Shown here piece after piece: positions 12,497 to 22,161 of a stretch of 64,000 bases of DNA. Origin of the DNA: Escherichia coli (GTDB lineage Bacteria; Pseudomonadota; Gammaproteobacteria; Enterobacterales; Enterobacteriaceae); NCBI RefSeq assembly GCF_003334815.1, contig NZ_QOWO01000016.1. One strand, written 5' to 3'. A program made the position numbers and the translations under genes. Position 1 is the stretch's first letter, and each line of letters starts with the position of its first letter. The notes below the pieces were generated by a model. It did not search any database and was not told where the DNA came from. It saw only the letters and a program-made list of their open reading frames with translations.

Positions 12497-12716
12497 GCCC
12501 AAATTAAAGCTCTTTTACTCTTTCAAAATCCTTTCAGTTAATTGAGGTTGAGCTATATAACTCATTTAAATACATTTGGTTATGTAGCTTCTTTAATTGA
12601 AAATTCTTTCATGTAACTTTAAATCGATCAGTTTGCTTTCATCAAAAATCTGTACATATGCTTGTACATAATGTACAAAACAGCAGAGGTGTTTTGCGAT
12701 TTGTACAAGGTGAGTA

Positions 12717-13940
12717 ATGGCGCTGTCTGATGCGTGGTTGCGTTCAGTCGTTGGAAAGGAACGTGATAAGGTTTTGGTTAAATCCGATCGTGATGGTCTG
12801 TCTGTCAGAGTATCACCGAAAGGTCGCGTAGTGTTCCAATATCGTTATCAATGGGCAGGGAAAGGTGAGCGTCTTGATATCGGAACTTACCCGGCAACTG
12901 GATTAAAAGAGGCCAGAGAAGAAGTTATCCGTCTCCGTGGTGAACTTGAGTCAAACCGTAATCCACGATTGGTCAAGCAGGCTGAAAAACGAAAAGCTAC
13001 TGAAGCCATGACGGTAGAGTCTGTGATCCGTGCCTGGTATGAAGCATATTGTGTAAAAAATAAAAAAGGTTCTGAACAGATACTCCGCTCGTTTGAGCTG
13101 CACCTGTTCTCTAAAATCGGGAATATCCCTCACGATGCAGCTACATTGCATGATTGGTTAGAAGTCCTGGAGCCTCTTAGCACTAAGACTCCAGCAATAG
13201 CAGACCGATTGCTAATTAACGCAAAGCAGGCCCATGTCTGGGCGTATAAGAGAAAGCTCATTGAAACTCGCCCGCTGTCGGATATCACGGGTAAAGATAT
13301 GGATATCCGTAAAGGTCAGAAGAAACGGTTTCTGACACATGATGAAATTAAAATCCTTTATGCTGCGATCGATGGTTCTCGAATGGTTCCTAAATACCGG
13401 GCCTTCATTAAGCTATTGCTGCATTTTGGCTGCCGTAGTTCAGAGCTAATTACTGCCAGGGTGGACGATTTTGATTTCATTAATAAGGTATGGACTGTAC
13501 CACCAGAACGACATAAGACTGGAGAGATAACAGGCGAACCGCTAAAGAGGCCCATTATTGAACCGGTGGAGGAGCTTATAAAGAACGCTATCTCTATGAA
13601 CAATGGTTCCGATATGCTTTTTACTAAGGAAGGAAGCAGGGAACCCGTTGGTCGAACATCATTGCAGTCGCTGCCTTACAATTTAATGCAGTACGCATGG
13701 AGGCGTTTGGGGCATCAATTCCCTCATTGGTCTCTTCATGATTTGAGGCGAACAGCACGAACAAACTTTTCTGATCTTACTGCTCCTCATATTGCAGAAA
13801 TAATGCTCGGCCATAAACTGCCAGGGGTTTGGCAGGTTTATGACAAGAGCGATTATCTAGAAGAACAGCGTAAAGCATATCAGGCATGGTGGGAGAGAGT
13901 TGAATCGATCGTTACTTGTACTGGCCCAGAATCTACCTGA
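12717..13940 (+). CDS. Tyrosine integrase (P4-type, DUF4102 arm-binding N-domain)
   Basis: 407 aa; ATG with upstream AAGGTGAG; catalytic-domain residues (R...HDLRRT...Y); adjacent to attL. Confidence 0.85.
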   Translation: MALSDAWLRSVVGKERDKVLVKSDRDGLSVRVSPKGRVVFQYRYQWAGKGERLDIGTYPATGLKEAREEVIRLRGELESNRNPRLVKQAEKRKATEAMTVESVIRAWYEAYCVKNKKGSEQILRSFELHLFSKIGNIPHDAATLHDWLEVLEPLSTKTPAIADRLLINAKQAHVWAYKRKLIETRPLSDITGKDMDIRKGQKKRFLTHDEIKILYAAIDGSRMVPKYRAFIKLLLHFGCRSSELITARVDDFDFINKVWTVPPERHKTGEITGEPLKRPIIEPVEELIKNAISMNNGSDMLFTKEGSREPVGRTSLQSLPYNLMQYAWRRLGHQFPHWSLHDLRRTARTNFSDLTAPHIAEIMLGHKLPGVWQVYDKSDYLEEQRKAYQAWWERVESIVTCTGPEST

Positions 13941-14190
13941 CAGCTTGCGTAGCCCTGACAGTCTGTTTTGAGCGAACAGTGGACATTTTCAATGGCATTC
14001 TTGAGTAGGTTACGCTTAGACCAGAAGTAAGAGGTGATAGAATTATCAACAATACATAAAACATAGGGGATCCTTATTGATTTATTGATCTTGACCAACT
14101 TATGTGATGCAGTATGTCTTTAACTTGTATTACTATTATCTTTATCTTGTTGTTTCTAATAAACTTATCTTATTTCAGAAAGGAGTTTTT

Positions 14191-15891
14191 ATGCATTTAG
14201 TCACGAAATCTTATTTCGATGCCTTTTGCAAAGCATTCGCTGCGCCCTATGAGGAGACCAAAAATTTTGAGGCGTTTGTGAACTATTGTGCTTTTTCAAA
14301 ATACTCAGGCGACAAAGTTGAGGTCAGTGATCTTGTGTATGAAGGCCCGGACCCTGGTATTGATGGCGCATTTTTATTTTTAGACGACAGAGCAATTTTT
14401 TCAACTGAAGAACTTCAGGAGATTTTCCAAAACTCACGTCGCGAGTTTCAAGTTTCATTAATATTCACGCAAGCTAAGTCATCGGAGAAGTGGAGCAAAC
14501 AGGAAATAGACTCTTACATTGCGTCAATAAGAGATTATCTTTCACCAGCGCCACAACAACCCCACAGTGAATATCTAGCGGACTTTAAAAAAATGTTCAA
14601 CTTGATATTTGCTAATATCGGCAGAGTCAAAAATGGCCTTCCAGACTTATACGCATATTTTTTTAGTGCTGCACAAAATACAGAGGCCAGAGAAATAAAA
14701 GCTGCATTTGCATCGGGTGAAAAAAGCTTAAAGTCACTCGGGTTTTCACATGAAACATCCTTCATTATGGCTCACAAAGACATGATTCATGAGCTTTGGC
14801 TTGCTGCGGAAGGTCCAATAGAAGCTAAACTTCCTACAATAGGCTATGCTCCATTCCCAGCGGCCCCTAATATTAATAATGCCTATGTAGCTACAGTCAA
14901 AGCTCGTAGTTTTATTGATTCTATACTTAAAGACAAAAATGGAAACCCTCGAAAAAAATTATTCGAAGAAAATGTTAGAGATTTTCTGGGAATTGATGGT
15001 GACGTAAATTCAGAAATTGCAGGAACACTAGATACTGATGGAAAAAAAGCAAGATTTGGTTTAATGAATAATGGAGTGACAATAGTTGCATCAAGCGTGA
15101 GGCCTGCAGGACAAGAAATTTTTATACGAGATTTTCAAATTGTTAATGGATGTCAAACGTCTAATGTTCTTATATCAAAAGACATTCAAGTAGATGAATC
15201 AGTTAGTTTAATGATTAAATTAATTGAAACCGATGAGCCAGCGATCCTTGATGACATTGTACGAGCTACGAATAGACAATCTAAAGTTGAAGATGCACAG
15301 TTCATTTCAACGCTAAAAAAATTAAGGGAATTAGAGCATTATTTTAATGCTAAAGGTGCTATTGAAGGAAATAAAATTTATTTTGAGAGAAGAAAGGGGC
15401 AGTATAGTTCAGAAAGTATAGCTCCAGTACGCATATTTGATATCAGAGAAGTTGCGCGAGCATATGCTGCTATTGTTATGATGAGACCAGATTATTCCAG
15501 TCGTTATCCAAATAGGTTAACTGGTGACTTACTTAATGAGGTTTTCTCTTCCGATGCCCTCGAGGATGATTATTATATATCTTGCTATTGCTTGTATAGG
15601 CTAAAGGCTCTTATCTCAAATAAGAGGTTTGATGGGAAGTATTCAAAATTACGCTGGCATATTCTAACTGCTGCGTCAAAATACTGTGGTAATAATTATA
15701 AGGTTTGGGGGTTCAAAAATAAAAATGAAGCTCTTCATAACTTATTCTCAATGAATGATGGGGAGTGGTTTGAAAAACTTGAGAGTTTAGTAAAAATAGC
15801 TATACCAGATCCGGATATTTCTCGAGACTTACTAAAGTCGCAGCCTTTAACATCAACGATTCTCAAAAGTGTTGATAGCGTACCTAAATAA
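14191..15891 (+). CDS. Large AT-rich cargo protein, possibly AIPR-like abortive-infection family
   Basis: 566 aa from the ATG preceded by AAAGGAG; visibly AT-rich; followed by hairpin GGGAAGCTTATTGCTTCCC. Family assignment is tentative and unverified. Confidence 0.4.
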   Translation: MHLVTKSYFDAFCKAFAAPYEETKNFEAFVNYCAFSKYSGDKVEVSDLVYEGPDPGIDGAFLFLDDRAIFSTEELQEIFQNSRREFQVSLIFTQAKSSEKWSKQEIDSYIASIRDYLSPAPQQPHSEYLADFKKMFNLIFANIGRVKNGLPDLYAYFFSAAQNTEAREIKAAFASGEKSLKSLGFSHETSFIMAHKDMIHELWLAAEGPIEAKLPTIGYAPFPAAPNINNAYVATVKARSFIDSILKDKNGNPRKKLFEENVRDFLGIDGDVNSEIAGTLDTDGKKARFGLMNNGVTIVASSVRPAGQEIFIRDFQIVNGCQTSNVLISKDIQVDESVSLMIKLIETDEPAILDDIVRATNRQSKVEDAQFISTLKKLRELEHYFNAKGAIEGNKIYFERRKGQYSSESIAPVRIFDIREVARAYAAIVMMRPDYSSRYPNRLTGDLLNEVFSSDALEDDYYISCYCLYRLKALISNKRFDGKYSKLRWHILTAASKYCGNNYKVWGFKNKNEALHNLFSMNDGEWFEKLESLVKIAIPDPDISRDLLKSQPLTSTILKSVDSVPK

Positions 15892-16129
15892 AGAGAAGGG
15901 AAGCTTATTGCTTCCCAATAAATTAACACACTTATAGAACCCTTGACTTAAACTTTTTACTGGTTCTCTCAGATATCGATAATTTTATAGGTTGTATCAT
16001 AGCGTGATCGTCTTCAAGAGAAACAACTTAACATTAAATTAGCAACGTTTGCTCTTGGCACAGACTTGACTGTCAGATTAGTTTGGTCTGTGCCATAGAT
16101 ATGTCAGCTCCCATCTGAGATAATACACG

Positions 16130-16324
16130 TTACTCAATAACTCCAGCAAATCTGTATATCTTGCATGATGCCCATTTATTTGGGCAGGATTTAATATCAG
16201 GATCTGGAAAGTCAGGCCTGTATTTCTGGCCAGTTCTCCTGTTTACGCTGTTCCAGCGAAGAACAGTCGATACTGAAACGCCACAGAAGTCGGCGACTTG
16301 TTTAGTTGTCATTAAGTTGTTCAT
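16130..16324 (-). CDS. AlpA-family HTH regulator / excisionase-like protein
   Basis: 64 aa with an MerR/AlpA-like HTH (TTKQVADFCGVSVSTVLRW). Confidence 0.6.
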   Translation of the reverse strand: MNNLMTTKQVADFCGVSVSTVLRWNSVNRRTGQKYRPDFPDPDIKSCPNKWASCKIYRFAGVIE

Positions 16325-16944
16325 TACTTCACCTCCTGCGGCGGCTCCGGTAGCGGCATCCAGTGGGTTACTTTCGATGCCGGTTCTTCCCCATCGTCAG
16401 TAACTGCCCACCATTTGTTTCTCGACCAATCGTAATACCCTTCGAAGGTATCGCACTCAGTCCAGCCGTAAGGCTTCCCCCAACACCAAACATACTGTTT
16501 ATCGTTCGGCATTCGCTCACTACAGCTTATCCAACCATCCGGAGTTACCGGAGAGTTGCCCGACAGCTTGTTCAACTTGTAAGTCTGGCTTACAGGTTCG
16601 GCACCATGAAGCATGGCGGCGCGGCAGGCGTTCCAGCCTTCATTAAAACCGACTATGCCATTATTTAAAGACGGACGAGCATCTGGCACCACCGGCACTG
16701 GCTTGGCTATATATAGCGGCTGAACATACCAGCCCTTTGATAACCAACTGTCAGCAATGTTTTTACTCCTCGTTATTGCCGGAATACCTAAGCCATTTTC
16801 TGAATGCAGCCATGCCACCGGCTCCTCTTCTAGCGATGCCAGAGCAATTTCATAAGCACGGCGCTCAATATCGTCTCGAACCTCTAGGCTGCTGATTCGT
16901 TCTTTGATTTCTTTAATCAGTTCTTTATTGGTAAATGTGGTCAT
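16324..16944 (-). CDS. DUF551 phage protein
   Basis: 206 aa with C-terminal signature ...KVTHWMPLPEPP typical of DUF551. Confidence 0.5.
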   Translation of the reverse strand: MTTFTNKELIKEIKERISSLEVRDDIERRAYEIALASLEEEPVAWLHSENGLGIPAITRSKNIADSWLSKGWYVQPLYIAKPVPVVPDARPSLNNGIVGFNEGWNACRAAMLHGAEPVSQTYKLNKLSGNSPVTPDGWISCSERMPNDKQYVWCWGKPYGWTECDTFEGYYDWSRNKWWAVTDDGEEPASKVTHWMPLPEPPQEVK

Positions 16945-17306
16945 TATGCTCCAGCCTCCGGTGCTTTTGGCATTACTGCCCAGTGAGTGATATTGACGTT
17001 TTCAAGGTCCCCGACCTGAAATGTCCACTGCCATTCTCCGGTTTCTTTTTGTCCCCAGGTGTACCATAGAGAACGCCAGCCAATCAGCCAGCCTTCTCCA
17101 TTAGCATCAAATAACAGAACACTTTCATTTGCTGGTGGCAGTTCAGCTGACACTGGTATTATTTTGTTTTCCAGTGCCGCACATTTAGCTTCAAGCGCGT
17201 CGAATTTACGTACCAGGTACTCAGCATTTGTTTCGTTCACTTTCAGATCTCGCGGTACACATTTCCCGCGAAGAAACCCTTCCATTTCGAAAACATTCAT
17301 GCGCAT
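16944..17306 (-). CDS. Phage hypothetical protein (DUF551-like C-terminus)
   Basis: 120 aa; C-terminal ITHWAVMPKAPE; start overlaps the stop of the upstream gene. Confidence 0.4.
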   Translation of the reverse strand: MRMNVFEMEGFLRGKCVPRDLKVNETNAEYLVRKFDALEAKCAALENKIIPVSAELPPANESVLLFDANGEGWLIGWRSLWYTWGQKETGEWQWTFQVGDLENVNITHWAVMPKAPEAGA

Positions 17307-17833
17307 TTGCGTAACTCCGATAAATCGTTAAAACGTTCCATAAACATCCCGTAGGCATGACCCGGTGCCAGTGGAATCACGTTGAACATCTCTGTTGCCG
17401 GGATGCCTTCCAGTACAGGCCAGAAAGAGCCATCATCAAGCCCGAGATCGCGGCGTTCGGTTGCCAGCATGATGAGATCGGCATATTTCACAGGCGTACT
17501 CATAACTGGGGGTAACCCGTATTTCTCACGGATTACGGCGTCTATTTTTTCTTCCATCCGTTTATAGTCAGGAAGAAGTCGTTTCAGTGGTGCGGGGATG
17601 TCCTGGCAATATGCTTCTGTTGCATCATGCATTAACGCTTCAAAAGCAAATTCCTGCGGTACCAGCTGGCTGCAAAGCACCGCATGTTGGGCGACGCTGT
17701 AGAAGTGTGAAAGATGCCCTGCAAAGCGACAGATATTTGAAAGGGAAACCGCGATATCGTTAATAACGATGTCGTCTTTATTTATCTTGTCATAATAAAA
17801 ATGCTTCCCGGAAAAAGTTTTAATAAATGACAT
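17297..17833 (-). CDS. HD-domain phosphohydrolase (YfdR-like 5'-deoxynucleotidase)
   Basis: About 178 aa from MSFIKTF; HD motif region (HD...SVAQHAV...D). Confidence 0.6.
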   Translation of the reverse strand: MSFIKTFSGKHFYYDKINKDDIVINDIAVSLSNICRFAGHLSHFYSVAQHAVLCSQLVPQEFAFEALMHDATEAYCQDIPAPLKRLLPDYKRMEEKIDAVIREKYGLPPVMSTPVKYADLIMLATERRDLGLDDGSFWPVLEGIPATEMFNVIPLAPGHAYGMFMERFNDLSELRKCA

Positions 17834-17961
17834 TTTGTTCTCCACGTTATGTGCGCTGCACCGCACTGAATTTTGGTAAAAAGAAGCCCTTACCATCCGG
17901 CGATTATTGAGTTAATTACGTTTCCATAAATGCCCCCGCAGGGGCATTTGCAGTAATGAAA

Positions 17962-18786
17962 TCAGGCGGTGAAAGTACCAATAAAGGTTTCTACTTTGCT
18001 GTCTTTGAATTTCTCAACAAGCAGATCACGAAATTCGTTAGCCATTTCTTCCTGGACTGCTTCCAACTGAATAATGCGCAGAACCAGTACAGGACGATCG
18101 CCAGTGATAATGCTGAGGCGTAATTTAAACGGACGTTCTTTCAGACCTTCAAACGGAACGCATTTAAATTCAAATGCCACTGGCATAATATCTTTGGTTT
18201 TCGCCTCGACAGACTCCATCAGGGAGCGTTTTCCGCTGAAGTCATTATCTTCAAAATCAGCGGTCTGGTTTGCTTCAATCGTGATTTTACGGACAGCCGC
18301 AGCCGCTTTTGTTGCCTGAATAGCGTCACCATTAGCATCAAAGCCTACAAGGTAGTCGGCCCAGTCTTCAATCCATTCTGCCAGTGACTTCTGGGAGTTA
18401 CGCTCGCCGTTAACAGACAACAGAGCAGAGAACGGTGCTGTCTTTTTCAGTTTGAGAGTGGCGGTGTTATCTGCGTGACCTGGTTCATCAATAGTACCCA
18501 GGTTAAGCACACTGACGGCACGCATATTATCAGCATCGATAAAGCAGCGGGTGCCTTCATCTGCAAGATCTTTAGAATAACGGGTAAAGTCATCGATGCT
18601 GGCAGTGGAAAGCGCACCACGGAAACGGAAGCGATTTAAATTAAATTTTTCCAGATCATGAATGCGGAAGTTCTCAGGCAATGCCACAGCATCGGCACCA
18701 ATCTTACTGATAATTTCATTAACACCCTGAGCAGAAATAAGGGCATGGATTTGATTAATTGCGGTTGCGTCTAAGTTCTGAGACAT
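17962..18786 (-). CDS. Phage protein, YfdQ-like (DUF2303)
   Basis: 274 aa; resembles CPS-53-type prophage proteins. Confidence 0.45.
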   Translation of the reverse strand: MSQNLDATAINQIHALISAQGVNEIISKIGADAVALPENFRIHDLEKFNLNRFRFRGALSTASIDDFTRYSKDLADEGTRCFIDADNMRAVSVLNLGTIDEPGHADNTATLKLKKTAPFSALLSVNGERNSQKSLAEWIEDWADYLVGFDANGDAIQATKAAAAVRKITIEANQTADFEDNDFSGKRSLMESVEAKTKDIMPVAFEFKCVPFEGLKERPFKLRLSIITGDRPVLVLRIIQLEAVQEEMANEFRDLLVEKFKDSKVETFIGTFTA

Positions 18787-18851
18787 AATAAGTCCTCACT
18801 ATATAAAGATATTCAGTGATGAGATAAATAATCAGTTTATTAAAAACGATA

Positions 18852-19214
18852 TTAACGACCAGCTGCGCGGAGTTTTCCGTCAGGTTCACCGGCAAGAGTC
18901 AGTAATTGTCCCTGGTCTTCCTGCAGAATAGTCAGGCGACCACCGCGATTGACATACATCGGCGTTTCGGTGGTGTCTTCTTCGGAAATTTTCCCGCGGT
19001 TAGTTGGGCGAACATATGAGAGTTTGTGTTTGATTTTCACACGGTTCTCATCAAACGGTTCGATTTCCAGATTGAGTGAGACCTTCCCTTTGGTTTTCGT
19101 GTTCATCACACCGGAAGCGACTTCACTTAGAACTGCGCCGATTTTGGTTTCAAATACGCCGCCGTCCAGCTCCCCGATAAATGCCTGCACATCAGTACTG
19201 CGTTCACTAGCCAT
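18852..19214 (-). CDS. Phage hypothetical protein
   Basis: About 120 aa from MASERSTD; the longer annotated frame extends through a structured GC-rich region that is probably non-coding. Confidence 0.45.
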   Translation of the reverse strand: MASERSTDVQAFIGELDGGVFETKIGAVLSEVASGVMNTKTKGKVSLNLEIEPFDENRVKIKHKLSYVRPTNRGKISEEDTTETPMYVNRGGRLTILQEDQGQLLTLAGEPDGKLRAAGR

Positions 19215-19650
19215 TTTGCTGCTCCTCATCATATCGACCCTGCAAGGTCGGTTAGTTTCTCCACAAAACAGAGAAGAACACCTGCGGTGGCAGCCGCCCG
19301 GATGGATTGGGTTATGAGCCCGTCGTCCGATGATGCTCTTCTCTGTTTTGTAAAAAGAGCGGTACCAGCCGGAAGCAAGTGTACAAACTGGTACCGCCAA
19401 GACTACACACAGCATAAAGTTGTGGTGCCGGGTGCCTCCCGGTGCCTGGCGAAGGTTGCACACCAGGCTGGTGGGTATCCACAGAAGGTCGACTGTCAGC
19501 CTCAACCTTATCCCGCGTGCGCTGAGCCGCATTCACCACAACGCTAAGGATTCTCTCTGGTTGAAAATACTTAGCTGTTATGTGCCTGTCTTTTCACCAC
19601 TTCAGGCTCGGTGGTATCCTTTTAAGCCCGTATACATAAAAGGAAAATCA
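19215..19650. ncRNA. Candidate structured non-coding region (putative phage sRNA or regulatory leader)
   Basis: No convincing ORF; several perfect stems, e.g. ACAAAACAGAGAAGA...TCTTCTCTGTTTTGT and GCGGTACCAG...CTGGTACCGC. Confidence 0.25.
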
Positions 19651-19651
19651 A

Positions 19652-19897
19652 ATGACTTTTGATGAAAAAGAACTTGATAATGCAATTAATAAAATCATCG
19701 TAACGTCGCTCTTTTCCTGTCTCAGCGACACTCAGCAAAAACAGTTCTACGAATCGGCTTTCAACATGATCGAGCGTTGTTGTTTCTGCGATGCCGACGA
19801 GTTACCTGAAAAAATCAGGAAACAGTTGGCTGATGCTCTTCGAGTGCGACTTTCTGACCAATTTTCTGAAATGTACTCTCCGAATTTGGACAAATAG
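19652..19897 (+). CDS. Phage hypothetical protein
   Basis: 81 aa preceded by AAAGGAAAA; 3' end overlaps a convergent minus-strand ORF. Confidence 0.35.
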   Translation: MTFDEKELDNAINKIIVTSLFSCLSDTQQKQFYESAFNMIERCCFCDADELPEKIRKQLADALRVRLSDQFSEMYSPNLDK

Positions 19898-20087
19898 AAA
19901 AAGGCCATTTCCATTCAGGGTCTGATGGAAAGACTTCAGCCTGTTCTAAAGCACGGCGTAAAGAGAATACAACTCCAGCCATAATCTGATGTTTCCCATT
20001 GGCCCAGCTATCGCCGCTCTGATCTACATGGGCGGCTATGTCGTATGACCAAACGACTTCACAGTTATTGTTTAAAATCTGGACTTT
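19815..20087 (-). CDS. Phage hypothetical protein
   Basis: About 91 aa from MKVQIL with AGGTG 7 nt upstream; convergent overlap with the 19652..19897 ORF, so one of the two may be spurious. Confidence 0.3.
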   Translation of the reverse strand, partial: KVQILNNNCEVVWSYDIAAHVDQSGDSWANGKHQIMAGVVFSLRRALEQAEVFPSDPEWKWPFSICPNSESTFQKIGQKVALEEHQPTVS

Positions 20088-20296
20088 CATTTCATACACC
20101 TGCTTTAACATGAGTGCCTAGTGGCACAACATGACTCAACGAATCATCCTGGACTTCATATGCCCCAGGCGGCTACTTCGTGGGCGTCCTGCCTGTTCGT
20201 TATCTTTGACATAAAATCTAACTTAACTTAGTTTTTAAGGCAAGAGAAAACACCAAACTTTTCTTAGCTTGGTGCCTTAGTTAGAGAAGGGAGGTA

Positions 20297-20923
20297 CTAG
20301 AGTTCGTATTGAACTCCTTTGACTACACCAATGATCAGGCAATTACCATTGATCGGGATGTTGGGATACCGGGGATTCAATGGTACTAAAAACTTTTGAT
20401 GACCATCGATGACTAATTTTTTTACTGTAGCTTCGTTCGTTCCATCAAGTCGAGCAATGACTATTTTTCCATGACGGGGTTCTGCATCAGGATCTACAAT
20501 CACTGTTGCACCTTCTGGTATTGTTGGGAGGCCATTAGGGTTAGTCATGGAGTCGCCTTTAACTTCTAATGCAAATGAGTTATCACCAATCTTTAAAGAT
20601 GTATCTACCCACTTGTCCACTTCACTAAACACTTCTGCTGCCCTGCACTCAGTAAACTGCCCAGCCTGAACCCACGAAATTACAGGAACTCTGCGCATGT
20701 TTGTGACGAGTTTGCCTTCAAACTCAGCACCATAAAGAATGTAATCTATTGACGTATTAAAGAACTTCGCTAATTTCGAAAGTGCTTCCCCGCCAGGGAC
20801 ATTGATGTCTTTTTCCCAGTACCCCACAGCAACGTCACTTACCCCACAAAATTTACCCAATTCTTTCTGGGACGTTCTGGTAACCCTTCTCAGAGCTTTT
20901 ATACGCTGACCAACCGTTTCCAT
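20297..20923 (-). CDS. CI-like prophage repressor (HTH plus S24 LexA-type peptidase)
   Basis: 208 aa; N-terminal XRE HTH; C-terminal S24 motifs (GDSM ... VKKL); divergent from a cro-like gene. Confidence 0.8.
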   Translation of the reverse strand: METVGQRIKALRRVTRTSQKELGKFCGVSDVAVGYWEKDINVPGGEALSKLAKFFNTSIDYILYGAEFEGKLVTNMRRVPVISWVQAGQFTECRAAEVFSEVDKWVDTSLKIGDNSFALEVKGDSMTNPNGLPTIPEGATVIVDPDAEPRHGKIVIARLDGTNEATVKKLVIDGHQKFLVPLNPRYPNIPINGNCLIIGVVKGVQYEL

Positions 20924-20945
20924 AGGAGCACCATTTCTTGAATTG

Positions 20946-21008
20946 CTAAGTAATCTTAGTTTTTATTGACCTAAGATAGATTGATAATTAACATCTAATA
21001 AAACTTAG
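20946..21008. promoter_or_regulatory. Immunity-region operators between cI and cro
   Basis: Inverted-repeat sites CTAAGtaatCTTAG (20946..20959) and CTAATaaaaCTTAG (20995..21008), plus an additional CTAAG half-site. Confidence 0.45.
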
Positions 21009-21021
21009 TTTTGGAGGGTGT

Positions 21022-21222
21022 ATGACAACTGACGATATCGAAAGCTACTTCGGCAGTATTGAGAAAGTTGCTGATTTTTTCGGCATAACAACTGAAGCCG
21101 TTTATCAGTGGCGAAACCGTCCGGGCCGGTTAATTCCAAAAGGACGTGCAGCAGAAGCTGCATATAGAACTTGCGGACGCTTGCCATTTAAACCTGAGCT
21201 TTATGAAAAATCTAATGGATAA
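21022..21222 (+). CDS. Cro-like small HTH regulator
   Basis: 66 aa; divergent from cI. Confidence 0.6.
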   Translation: MTTDDIESYFGSIEKVADFFGITTEAVYQWRNRPGRLIPKGRAAEAAYRTCGRLPFKPELYEKSNG

Positions 21223-21817
21223 ATCGATTAACAGAAACCACAGAACGATGAGGCTAACCGTGGGTAATCATCACTGGAAAATAGAAAAACAGCCTGTGTG
21301 GTACGTGAAAGCTGTCAGAAAAACTATCGCGGCGTTGCCGGGTGGTTACGCTGAAGCGGCTGACTGGCTCGATGTAACAGAAAACGCTTTATTCAACCGC
21401 CTTCGTGCAGATGGCGATCAGATTTTTCCGCTGGGATGGGCAATGGTTTTACAGCGTGCTGGTGGCACTCACTTCATTGCTGATGCTGTGGCGCAGTCTG
21501 CAAATGGCGTCTTTGTGTCTCTTCCTGACGTCGAGGATGTGGACAACGCCGATATTAACCAGCGTCTGCTGGAAGTCATTGAACAGATCGGCAGTTATTC
21601 AAAACAGATTCGTTCAGCAATCGAAGACGGTGTAGTGGAACCGCATGAGAAGACAGCAATTAACGACGAGCTGTATCTCTCAATTTCGAAGCTGCAGGAG
21701 CATGCAGCACTTGTCTACAAAATTTTTTGCATTTCAGAAAGTAATGACGCCCGCGAGTGTGCAGCTCCGGGCGTCGTGGCGTCGATTGCTTCTGGTTGTG
21801 GAGAAACTAACGCATGA
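21203..21817 (+). CDS. Phage regulatory protein (CII/CP76-like?)
   Basis: About 204 aa; positioned downstream of cro as a CII-equivalent; start uncertain. Confidence 0.35.
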   Translation: MKNLMDKSINRNHRTMRLTVGNHHWKIEKQPVWYVKAVRKTIAALPGGYAEAADWLDVTENALFNRLRADGDQIFPLGWAMVLQRAGGTHFIADAVAQSANGVFVSLPDVEDVDNADINQRLLEVIEQIGSYSKQIRSAIEDGVVEPHEKTAINDELYLSISKLQEHAALVYKIFCISESNDARECAAPGVVASIASGCGETNA

Positions 21818-22152
21818 ACAGTTTAACAACACACTACCGTCGCTCGCAACTGATTGCGCTTCCTGTACCGGGTGGAAAAGCGAAGGTGGAATATTGCTAT
21901 GCAGTGAATGTACCAGGTGACAGGGAAATTGTAACCCACAGCTTTGCAGAGTGGGCTGTGGGTGATTTCAACCGGCAGAAGGAGACAGTCCTTTGCGACA
22001 AGTTAACCGCTGGTTCAAAGATCACTACGGAGTGCCCGTCAGAGTCATTCGTTGGGAGCCGGAAACACAACGGGTTATCTACCTCCGCGAAGGTTATGAG
22101 CATGACTGCTTCAGTCCGCTCGAACAGTTTCGTCGTAAATTCAGGGAAATAG
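21814..22152 (+). CDS. Phage hypothetical protein
   Basis: 112 aa, translationally coupled to flanking genes. Confidence 0.4.
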   Translation: MNSLTTHYRRSQLIALPVPGGKAKVEYCYAVNVPGDREIVTHSFAEWAVGDFNRQKETVLCDKLTAGSKITTECPSESFVGSRKHNGLSTSAKVMSMTASVRSNSFVVNSGK

Positions 22153-22161
22153 AGGTCGGTC

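Noticed and set aside
12124-12502. Minus-strand ORFs (12124..12384, 12158..12502) spanning the yjjG 3' end and attL
   Set aside because: They overlap yjjG and the prfC remnant in antisense with no start signals; they would obscure the att junction if annotated.
18852-19532. Full-length 226 aa ORF as annotated in the six-frame track
   Set aside because: The N-terminal ~106 codons run through the GC-rich structured region with no start context and overlap other frames; a shorter gene starting at MASERSTD (19214) is more plausible.
19215-19650. Possible retron (msr/msd-like structured RNA)
   Set aside because: No reverse transcriptase ORF anywhere nearby; kept only as a generic structured non-coding candidate.
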